Shown: positions 1 through 8,600 of the stretch, piece by piece
Layout: each line of letters opens with the position of its first letter
Numbering within the stretch: the first letter of the stretch is position 1
Assembly (NCBI GenBank): GCA_015523565.1
Contig: WAKA01000135.1
Span: forward strand, 1-12,909
Direction of reading: 5' to 3'
Source: Candidatus Heimdallarchaeota archaeon
GTDB taxonomy: Archaea; Asgardarchaeota; Heimdallarchaeia; Heimdallarchaeales; Kariarchaeaceae
Length of the DNA stretch: 12,909 nucleotides
Notes under the pieces: generated by a model
The model's input: the letters and a program-made list of their open reading frames with translations, nothing else
Told to the model about the DNA's origin: nothing
Databases searched by the model: none
Program-made: the position numbers and the translations under genes

Positions 1-1
1 G

Positions 2-280
2 GATCTAAGCAACAATGGATTACAAATTGTGGACAATAGGTTTGTCAGGCTCGATGAGTTGACACCATTCAAACTTTCTGAATTAGGAAGCCAAAAATCA
101 AAAATGGAAAAAGTGGCAAATGAACTTCTTCAAGACTTAAATCAAACTTATGAGATTGCTGTCAATGAGAAGGAGATAATGGAATCCCTTCCGAAATTCA
201 AATCAGCCTTAGATACGCGCTACAAAAAATCAAAAAGCCAATTGACTGAATACCTCTCCCTTTTAAGCAAACTGAATTAA
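2..280 (+). CDS. 3' end of a hypothetical protein (partial, runs off the left edge); charged, helical C-terminus
   Basis: The frame is open from position 2 (DLSNNGLQIVDNRFVRL...) to TAA at 278-280, so the GTG at 29 is probably internal. The sequence is Lys/Glu/Leu-rich with no family motif I recognise. Confidence 0.7.
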   Translation, partial: DLSNNGLQIVDNRFVRLDELTPFKLSELGSQKSKMEKVANELLQDLNQTYEIAVNEKEIMESLPKFKSALDTRYKKSKSQLTEYLSLLSKLN

Positions 281-292
281 ACCACTCAACAA

Positions 293-346
293 TCTTCTTT
301 TCCTTTTCTATCTAATACTGTTATTTCCATAGCTTTCCATTTTTTT
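293..346 (+). terminator. Pyrimidine/oligo-T-rich tract, candidate archaeal-type terminator
   Basis: tcttcttttccttttct...ttccattttttt lies shortly downstream of the stop at 280. Confidence 0.3.
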
Positions 347-365
347 AATTATAAACATTTAAGAA
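343..365 (+). promoter_or_regulatory. Candidate BRE/TATA promoter for the 662-aa gene (short or absent leader)
   Basis: TTTTAATTATAAACATTTAAGAA lies about 22-44 nt upstream of ATG 387, and there is no Shine-Dalgarno. The AT-rich background makes this weak. Confidence 0.35.
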
Positions 366-386
366 TAACTACCACATTACATAAAC

Positions 387-2375
387 ATGATAGGAAAGAC
401 ATTTTCAAAAGTACTGTCATCAATTTTGATTTTCCTGATGATCATTTCAGGATTTTCCAATATCCCGATTCAAAACAGTTTTCCAACCCAAAATGCCCTA
501 GCCAATCCACAACGGATTGATTTGGGAAACGGAACTTGGGTTGAGATAACTGTCAACGGAAATATCACCACATTGATGTTTTCTGACACTTCAATGATTA
601 TTGTCAACGCTTCCAGTGATGTGACAACAATTGAATTCTATGAGAGTATTGAGTCAATTAACTTCACAAGACTCTCCATCATTGCCAATGAATCCTTTTC
701 TTCTACAGTCTATCCATTTGACAACGTTCAAATACCAACAACAACAGGTTTTAAGATAGATCTTGTTCAAAGGTTGACAAGTGAAATAATTTTGGGGAGT
801 TGGGAATTTCTATCCTATTCTTCCTTTGACAGTTCCCATTTCAGTATGTTTGAAATGCAATCTCAACAAATGATCAATTCAACAGCAAACAGGATGTTCA
901 ATGCCATTATTGCTGCAAATCAAACAAAATTTGGTGCTTCTTTTACATCATACGTTTCATCAACAGGAGATATGGTTTCGCTTGATTTAAATGGTGATAC
1001 CTCATCTCCTGCAAATTCCACTTTCCTGTTGAGAAATGAGGGTGGCGGATACAGCGCAAATTATTCAATAGACTCAGGTCAAGACCCTCAAAATAGTGTT
1101 GATTCATTTTTCGATGTTTTTGCATCTTATATGGATCAAACAGGAAATGGAAACCAATATGAAATGTCAGGAAAGATTTTGGATTTCCTGTCTTCCTTTG
1201 ATTTCAGAAATGTTACTTCTGGTTTTCAAGACAGTTTGCTTTTGGAACAGGGAATGCCACCTCAAACAGTTCGTTATCCTTCAAACGGTGCAGTGGACAA
1301 TCCAAATGATCCTTTTGACATCATAGACGTCATTATAATGTCTGAAATGATTACTTTTGTATTCGGGGGCTTGTCTGTTGTACTCTTCCCAGATAAGCTT
1401 GTGGTAGATTATTATACATTCGATGGACTTTATGTACCCATTGTTGTGTTCTTTGAAACGTTGGAGATCCATGTCATCATTATGGAAATAACAATCATTG
1501 TTTATATGCAATCCATAGAACTCCTCATGGTAATTATAATCCAAGAAATCATCAAAATTGAGGTATACATTCAATATATTGTCTTGGTTGTTGAAATTCT
1601 TGAGATAACTATAATAGAGATAACATTGACATTCATTGACATTGATATAACAATAATTGAAATTTCAATAACTGTCAACATCTGGATTTTCAAGATAATC
1701 ATAAAAGTTGTCAAGAAAGTCATTATCTTCCTTCCTTTCTGGATACTCATTATTCCAATATTCATTCCTGTACCTGTTCCATTCTTTGTCCCTGTGCCCA
1801 CACCAGTGCCTGTCCCAGTACCCCAAACAATTGTCAATCTCTACAACCAAACCCTTGATGAAAGAAATGATGTGATGAACTTGACTTATTATGTTTCAGA
1901 TGAGTACGGCAATCCGATTTCTGGTGCAAATCTGACATTGACAATGAATACTAGACCTGGAATAATATATAATGGAAGTGAAATCATTAGAAAACCTGGG
2001 TACTATGAATTCACTAATTTACCATTGGATTTGAATGTTGAAATTACTGTTACAGCGGACACGAATTCATATCGGCCCTTGGGATTCATTACGCATGTCA
2101 TAACAATAAATGATGTGACAGATACTGTAATTGTTCCTTCAAATGTTACAGTCACAAATACTGCAACTTATGTCCAATATTCAAATGTAACAACTACAGT
2201 ACCTAATGGCACAATTACTCAAACAATCGTGCAGAATAATACAGTCACTAGTACGGTCAATAATAATTCAACAGCTAGCACCACTCCAATAAACTTGCCA
2301 TTAATGATAATTACGACTATCGCTCTTTCCCAATTAATGGTAATCATACGAAAAAGACGGAAACAGAAAATTTGA
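387..2375 (+). CDS. Secreted, C-terminally membrane-anchored surface glycoprotein with an Ile/Val-rich tract, (PV)n repeat, Ig-like domain and Thr/Val/Asn-rich linker; function unknown
   Basis: 662-aa ORF. It has an N-terminal signal (MIGKTFSKVLSSILIFLMIISG) and a beta-rich N-region. The Ile-rich tract is at 1440-1766 and the PV repeat at 1755-1823. An Ig/Big-like segment follows (LTYYVSDEYGNPISGANLTLT...PGYYEFT). There are many N-x-S/T sequons and a C-terminal TM + RKRRKQK. Confidence 0.85.
   Translation: MIGKTFSKVLSSILIFLMIISGFSNIPIQNSFPTQNALANPQRIDLGNGTWVEITVNGNITTLMFSDTSMIIVNASSDVTTIEFYESIESINFTRLSIIANESFSSTVYPFDNVQIPTTTGFKIDLVQRLTSEIILGSWEFLSYSSFDSSHFSMFEMQSQQMINSTANRMFNAIIAANQTKFGASFTSYVSSTGDMVSLDLNGDTSSPANSTFLLRNEGGGYSANYSIDSGQDPQNSVDSFFDVFASYMDQTGNGNQYEMSGKILDFLSSFDFRNVTSGFQDSLLLEQGMPPQTVRYPSNGAVDNPNDPFDIIDVIIMSEMITFVFGGLSVVLFPDKLVVDYYTFDGLYVPIVVFFETLEIHVIIMEITIIVYMQSIELLMVIIIQEIIKIEVYIQYIVLVVEILEITIIEITLTFIDIDITIIEISITVNIWIFKIIIKVVKKVIIFLPFWILIIPIFIPVPVPFFVPVPTPVPVPVPQTIVNLYNQTLDERNDVMNLTYYVSDEYGNPISGANLTLTMNTRPGIIYNGSEIIRKPGYYEFTNLPLDLNVEITVTADTNSYRPLGFITHVITINDVTDTVIVPSNVTVTNTATYVQYSNVTTTVPNGTITQTIVQNNTVTSTVNNNSTASTTPINLPLMIITTIALSQLMVIIRKRRKQKI
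1755..1823 (+). repeat. Protein-level Pro-Val dipeptide repeat (PIFIPVPVPFFVPVPTPVPVPVP)
   Basis: Degenerate CCNGTN hexamers with varied third positions. Confidence 0.85.
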
Positions 2376-2727
2376 TGGATATGATTCTTCTCAATTAAAA
2401 AACATGTTTCTTGTTTATATTCTGTGATTTCTATTTTTACATTATTGCTAGACAACCAATCACCATTTTTCTAATTTTTGCGTCATAATCAAAATTTATT
2501 TCACAAATGAATGATCCTTTCAATAAAATATGTCGCATACTACATTTGCATACATAACTAGTTCAATAATTGCCATTTTTCCATATTGGAAACAATTACT
2601 TGAAAGAACTGGGTGACTTGAGACAAGACAAAAGTTGGACAAAAATGTTATTCGTAGTTGCTGACTCTTATAAGGTTTGATAGAAAATATAGAAAAAGAC
2701 AATGCTATTCTTTTTAATTAATTATGA

Positions 2728-2970
2728 ATGAGATTGGATAATATGGATGACTCCCCACCAACCAATATGATTGACACAAACAAAGGAGGTCTGGTTGCTT
2801 TAGGATTTTTTTTAATTGCCCTTGTTCATTTATTTTTCTTTAATACTGGATATCCAATCCCATTTTTCTGGATTACCTCCTTTGAAACGTTTATTGTTAG
2901 TGCTGTCGTGTTTTTGGTCATTTTCACATTGATCTATTTCAAACTGATTATCCCATTTATCCGTAGTTGA
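2728..2970 (+). CDS. Small two-TM membrane protein, hypothetical (start could be 2728, 2743 or 2767)
   Basis: 80-aa ORF with two Phe/Leu/Ile-rich hydrophobic segments separated by NTGYPIPFFW. It is co-oriented with its neighbours. Confidence 0.65.
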   Translation: MRLDNMDDSPPTNMIDTNKGGLVALGFFLIALVHLFFFNTGYPIPFFWITSFETFIVSAVVFLVIFTLIYFKLIIPFIRS

Positions 2971-3059
2971 AAGATGTAATTTGTTTAATTTTCTCATATC
3001 TGACAAGATCAATATGTGCTTTGTGTCACCAAACTACTTTGATGGGCACAATTGTTCCT

Positions 3060-3075
3060 TAAACACTTATTTAAT
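3060..3075 (+). promoter_or_regulatory. Candidate BRE/TATA promoter for the 3096-10888 operon
   Basis: AAACAC-TTATTTAA, with the TATA-like element 22-29 nt upstream of ATG 3096 and no SD. This fits a leaderless first gene. Confidence 0.35.
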
Positions 3076-3095
3076 TCAAATAAATAAGAAATACA

Positions 3096-5609
3096 ATGAA
3101 TAAACATTATACACGGCTATTGATTATCTTTTTCCTATTTGGACTATTTGTCTTTGGTCTAGGAAACTCTTCACCAATGAATATGGTAAATGAAAAGAAA
3201 CTGTTCGCAAGTAATGATTTAACCATCTACCCAAATGTCCCTCCAGATCTTTTGGACAGGGCAAGAACTGCAAATTTCATAAGGGAATCAAGGTATAGTC
3301 TCTCAAAAAACGCCACTTCCATTGATAAAATATTTTATAGAATTGGTGCCTTAAGACTTCTGGACCCTGACTTATCAAATCTCACACAATCACAAAAAGA
3401 TTATCTGATCTCGCAAATACTATCTTTTCAAAACACTAATTTTGGATTTGGAGATTGGTATAAAGACAGAAGTTCTGTAACTGGAACATACAAGGCTGTT
3501 CAAAGCCTAATTTGGCTTGGTTACAATGGGTTGAACACTGCAAATGTCAAACAATATTTGGATGCACTTTTGGTTCCATTGACAAATTCATTCAAAACTT
3601 ATCTGTCAGATAGTGACGGTGACCTTTATGCAACATCCATTGCAGTGTTGACATATTCATTACTTAATGAACCTGTTCCTTCTTCAACAAATGTTGCAGA
3701 TACATTGTTAAATGGTCAAAATTTAGACCCTTCATTTGTACCACCCCAAGAAATAGGAGGGTTTGGTCTTCAGACAAATTCTAAAAAATCAATCTATTGG
3801 ACATCTTCAGTGGTACTGACTTCTTATGCTTTGGAAGCATTGAATAAATTGGGGATGAATGCTAATGATACCAACAGTGCTATTTCATTCATCAAAAATC
3901 TACAATTAAGCAACGGAGGTTTTGTGGATGTCACAACACAAACATCATCGTCTGCATCATATTCTGCAAGGGCAATTGTTGGATTGAATCTATTAGGGTC
4001 ATCTCCAGTGGACACTGCCAAAGCCGCATCTTATCTTAAAGGACTTCAGTCATCAAATGGTGGCTATAGGTTAAAGGACACAAGTGTGGCTCCTTCATTG
4101 AAAGGAACATACTTTTCATTGTTGGGTCTTTCCTCTTTGAATGTTGTTCCTGCAAATATTACAGAAACAGTAAATTATCTTGTGAATTTGCCAGACATGG
4201 TTGATGGATATGGGGCAAATCCTGAAAGCGAACCAAATTTGAGAACTACATTTGACGGGGTGTATTCACTTGTCCTTATGAACAGAACAATTACAAATAA
4301 GCAGAGGTTACTCAATTATGTTGAAAGCTATAGAAATAATGACAATGGTTTCGGACTGACGGGTTCTTATGTTGAATCAACATTCAGAGCTGTAACAATC
4401 TATTCACTTCTAAACATGTCAATGCCTTCTGCATCTGGTGTAATTTCCTTCCTTCAAAGCTTACAACAACCAGATGGTGGCTTTTCAAAAACTCCTGGAA
4501 ATACAACCTCTTTTGTCATTTCAACCTATAGGGCCATTGTTGCCTTGAAATTATTGGGAGCTACACCAACAAATGTAAATGGTGCCATCTCATATCTTAA
4601 AAGTACACAGAACACTGACGGTGGTTTCGGAGGCTATGTTGGTGATATTAGTGACGTCAGTAGCACATATCGCGCTGTAAGAGCACTTTCACTTCTCAAT
4701 GATACATCCTTTGATGTCACTGCGGCAGTCAGTTTTCTTAAAAATTCCCAAAATCCTGACGGAGGTTTCAAACGAAGTTCTTATGACAATGCTCTCCCAA
4801 ACAATGTGTCTCATGCTATTTTTACTTATTCTGCTGTTCGAGCATTAATTATCTTGCGTTCTCTTCCAAACAACATTTCTGGGGTTTATTATTATCTTAA
4901 AAGCCTGAGAAACAATGACGGTGGATACGGAAAGCATCCAGATTTTACCTCTGATCTTGCATATACATTCTCATCATTGTATGTCCTTTCACTTCTGCCA
5001 GAAATAACAGGTTTCAAGGCAGTTCTGCCAGGAAATCTAGATTCACTAAGATCACAATACGATAACTTTTCAGTGACGATTTCCAGTGAATTGTACCCCA
5101 TGAATTATTCAATATCCATTGCAAATTCTTCAAGTGTGATTAATTCAGCAACTATTAATAACGCATCTGGGACTTTCGTGGTTGATACCTCTTCTTTCAC
5201 AAATGGTATGCATGTTATGAGGTTGACAGTAGTTGATGGATCGTTTGGAATGATCAATCAAACATTTAAGATATTGATCTCCAATGTTATTGTAACTTCT
5301 AGTACAAGCAATTCCAATACAACCAGCTCAACTGGTACGACATCAACAACTAATTCTTCTTCAATCACAACTAATTCCTCAACGACAACAACAAATTCGT
5401 CCACTGTAAATATAACATCCAATTCAACCTCTTCATCTTCAATCATTTCAACTAACGAGAATTCAACTCAATCGTCGACAACAATCAGTTCTCAACCGCC
5501 TCCACTCGAAACTGGAGGAAACAATACTCAATCTCTAATAATATTTGTTGCCGTAGGAGGTATTGCACTTGCGGTGATAGTGATCATTATATTCCGTTTG
5601 AAAAAATAA
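3096..5609 (+). CDS. Surface-anchored prenyltransferase/squalene-oxidase-repeat protein (12 repeats, probably two alpha/alpha barrels) + Ig-like domain + Ser/Thr linker + C-terminal TM
   Basis: Repeated YL/FLxxxQNxDGGF/Y...S/DxxSTYRAVxAL units (LQLSNGGF, LQSSNGGY, LQQPDGGF, TQNTDGGFG, SQNPDGGF, LRNNDGGYG) match the Prenyltrans (PF00432)/QW-type repeat. It also has a signal peptide and a C-terminal TM + RLKK. Confidence 0.88.
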   Translation: MNKHYTRLLIIFFLFGLFVFGLGNSSPMNMVNEKKLFASNDLTIYPNVPPDLLDRARTANFIRESRYSLSKNATSIDKIFYRIGALRLLDPDLSNLTQSQKDYLISQILSFQNTNFGFGDWYKDRSSVTGTYKAVQSLIWLGYNGLNTANVKQYLDALLVPLTNSFKTYLSDSDGDLYATSIAVLTYSLLNEPVPSSTNVADTLLNGQNLDPSFVPPQEIGGFGLQTNSKKSIYWTSSVVLTSYALEALNKLGMNANDTNSAISFIKNLQLSNGGFVDVTTQTSSSASYSARAIVGLNLLGSSPVDTAKAASYLKGLQSSNGGYRLKDTSVAPSLKGTYFSLLGLSSLNVVPANITETVNYLVNLPDMVDGYGANPESEPNLRTTFDGVYSLVLMNRTITNKQRLLNYVESYRNNDNGFGLTGSYVESTFRAVTIYSLLNMSMPSASGVISFLQSLQQPDGGFSKTPGNTTSFVISTYRAIVALKLLGATPTNVNGAISYLKSTQNTDGGFGGYVGDISDVSSTYRAVRALSLLNDTSFDVTAAVSFLKNSQNPDGGFKRSSYDNALPNNVSHAIFTYSAVRALIILRSLPNNISGVYYYLKSLRNNDGGYGKHPDFTSDLAYTFSSLYVLSLLPEITGFKAVLPGNLDSLRSQYDNFSVTISSELYPMNYSISIANSSSVINSATINNASGTFVVDTSSFTNGMHVMRLTVVDGSFGMINQTFKILISNVIVTSSTSNSNTTSSTGTTSTTNSSSITTNSSTTTTNSSTVNITSNSTSSSSIISTNENSTQSSTTISSQPPPLETGGNNTQSLIIFVAVGGIALAVIVIIIFRLKK
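5295..5492 (+). repeat. Low-complexity Ser/Thr/Asn linker with repeated TTNSS units
   Basis: TSSTSNSNTTSSTGTTSTTNSSSITTNSSTTTTNSSTVNITSNSTSSSS..., with seven N-x-S/T sequons in 66 codons. Confidence 0.85.
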
Positions 5610-5627
5610 ATTTAAAGTGATTTAGCC

Positions 5628-8600
5628 ATGAGGTCTTTATTTCTTTTAATGTTCTTATTGTTCGTATCATTCATGGCTGATCCTATAACCAGCAAATCTG
5701 TGGCTATGAATTATTCTAAGACAAGCAATGACCAAGACCCAACTCCTCTTGATTTCATAAAATTATCTCAAGACGATGATTTTGATAACCTTAAATCGAT
5801 GGATATTGCTTATTATAAAATTAACACTCTTGAATACCTTCAACAGCTATTTAGTGTCGCGACCAATGAGACACTCAATAACTTTGAAGAAAAAGCATTG
5901 GATTTCATAATGTCCTCATTTTCAAATGGATCTTGGGCAAATTGGAAAGGGTCACGTCCATCAATGGAATCTACTTTTCAAGCACTTATATCCCTAAACC
6001 ATACCTCAAATATGAATCTAATTACTCAAAGTCAAGCCATTGAGATAATCAATTTCTTAAATTCATTAAAAAGACCAAATGGCGGATTCTTTCCCTTGCA
6101 AAATTGGGATGTCCCAGATGTATCCTCTACTTATCGTGCATTGGTTTTAGAAAGAATATTGAAAAGACATTTTCCAAATTTGCCAATTGAATTGAATAAA
6201 ACTGGTGTTGTTGATTTTGTTCGTTCCACATATAATGAACCTGTTTTCATTACTGGTGCTTCTGCCTATGGTGAAATTCAAGGTGGAAAACCAGAAATTC
6301 TTGCCTCTTTGTTTTCCTTGTATGTCCACATCTTCATGAACCAAACTGACCCACATGTAAGCAATGTCATTGCTTTGATAAATTCCTTCACCTCCCCAAA
6401 TGGAGGTGTTGCAGGGTATTCTGGTAGTTTAGTGCAGACTGGATACACGGCAAGAGCAATTGAATACTATCTTCTTGTAAAATCATATTATCCTGATCTA
6501 TTGCCTTTGTTCAATGAAAATTTCTTGGAAAATGCCGCCAATTATATCACATCAAATCAACTTTCCAATTCTGGTTTTGGTTCAAGTGAAACGGATAGGT
6601 CTGTGTCCATCTCAAGTACATTTTTCGCTATGAGGATTGCATTTCTCACAAGAAATGAAATAAATTTGAATATTGACCCTGTTGGTGTCTTAACTTATTT
6701 GCTCACTCCAAACCAGCCAACCTTTGGAATTGGTGACTTCCCAGGAAATGTTCCCTCCGTGGTTGAAACTGCTCGAGGAATTTTGACTGGAAAACTATTG
6801 GGAAATCTGGATTGGCTCCACCCAAAAACCATTGATTATATCACTGATACATTTTCCGAAAAGGAAGGGGGTTTCGGATTTCGTCCTCAGTCGAATCCCC
6901 GCATAAAATATACTTATTATGGCATTTTGGCATTAAGGGCATTAGGAAAAACAATTTCAAATCCCAAGGACATTGTTAATTTTATTCTTCAATCTGAGGT
7001 AGATACTGGTGGTTTTGGGCAAATTCCTGGAGCTCATTTCAGTTACCTGACACATACATATTGGGCATTGAAATCCCTAAATCTATTGGGACATTTCTAT
7101 CCTATCAAATTTAACAAAACAAAGCTAATAGAGTGGTTAAAGGGTCTTGAAAATCCCAAAACAGGGATGTACCGAAATTCTCAAACTGGAGAAGATTCAA
7201 TAATTTCAACTTTTCGAGCCGTTGAAATACTGAAGTTATTTGATGTTGCAATTAATTCCTCAAAGATTTTAAATTCAGTTCAGTCATATGCGGTTCCAAC
7301 AGGTGGATTTGTGAATAAACTAAGCAAAACAGTTCCAACAATGGAAGCAACATATTTTGCATTTCAATTGATTCATTCATTAAATGGATCAATTTCATCA
7401 CTATCCGTTTTCAAAAAATTTGTGGAATCGTTAAAAAATGCAGATGGCGGATATGGATCAAGGCTTGGATTTTCTTCTAGGGTAACTGCTACATTTTATG
7501 CAATATCATTGCTTAATCGTCTCAATTCAAGCGATAATGCATTCAATTTTGGTGAAGGGCTTGATAAGGATTTATTTGCCCCTCTAATTATCCAAAGCTT
7601 TGTGCCTTCAATAAATAATTATCAACAATTTTCTGGATCATACATTACTGAGGCTTCAATTCAAGATCCTGAAACACATGTAGATCAAGCATGGGTAGAG
7701 GCCACTTGGACAGATGGACAAATAAATAAAACATTTACATTTATTGGATATCAAACCAATAATTCCCTATGGAGATTTACTATAGGCTCTTTCAAAGATG
7801 AAGGAATTATTCAGTTCCAGATTGTCGCTAATGATACAAATGGAAACATAGGCAAAACTGACTTTTTCTACCTGAAGGTCAAATCCATTGCAACAGGATC
7901 ACAATACGTGCAAATAAACTTAATTCAATTCCTAATCAGAACCTTCATTCCTTTCCTAATGCTCGCGGTTGCCTTTGCTGATCTGATCTACTCAATCAAA
8001 AAACAATATTCCAAGGAGGTTATCAAAAAAATGTATAAACCATCAAAACAGTCTGAATGGACTGACCTAGAAATTTTCAATGGATTTCTATTGATCATAA
8101 CAATGATCGTAATTGCAGAAATTGCACGGCTTGTCCTAAAAGACACTCAATTCATTCTTCAAAACAGTCTTTTTCTATTTAGGTTCCTTTTGGCCATTCT
8201 CTTAGTGCTCTTTGCCAAATATTCTCTTGGTGTCCATACTTATGGATTATTTGCGCCAAGTGTTCTTGTCATCTCTATGATTCAAATTGGACCATTTTGG
8301 GGAACAATCCTGTTTTTCAACATTTTTACATTGCTTTATCTTGTTAGAATTTTAATTGAGCCGTATGCTTTTCCTGTTGGATTTAGAATTGGAATTATGA
8401 TGGTTTTCAACATTTCCTTTTTAGGACTTCTGGAAATGATTGGAGAAGTCTATCGTATCCCATTCCTAAGCACTGCAATATTTGTCCCCATCATTATCCT
8501 TCCGTGGATAACAGATAGGTATGTAAGCAATGTAATTCAAAATGATCATCTCTTTGCATTTTCGAGATTACTGTTTACCCTTGCAATTACATGGGGATCG

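Noticed and set aside
2-55. DLSNNGL resembles a leucine-rich-repeat motif
   Set aside because: It is a single truncated instance at the window edge, with no repetition downstream.
943-1850. Several short antisense or alternate-frame ORFs (including the GTGTGTG-containing 1571-1837)
   Set aside because: They are shadows of the low-complexity Ile/PV coding strand and lie fully inside the 662-aa gene.
2376-2727. 352-nt intergenic region as a possible ncRNA, CRISPR array or small gene (ORFs 2219-2455 and 2520-2702 on the - strand; AAAAAGA/TCTTTTT repeat at 2693-2715)
   Set aside because: It is AT-rich with no repeat-spacer pattern or convincing structure. The ORFs have no protein-like features, and the short A/T palindrome is expected by chance.
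2783-2790. AAGGAGGT SD-like octamer inside the small membrane gene
   Set aside because: It encodes Lys-Gly-Gly, and no productive start codon follows at a suitable spacing.
5258-5446. Antisense Val/Glu-rich ORF
   Set aside because: It is the mirror of the Ser/Thr linker codons.
3096-7530. Annotation as a true squalene-hopene cyclase, geranylgeranyltransferase or thioester protein
   Set aside because: There is no DxDD in the repeats, no Zn-binding Cys and no CGEQ, and the predicted location is extracellular.
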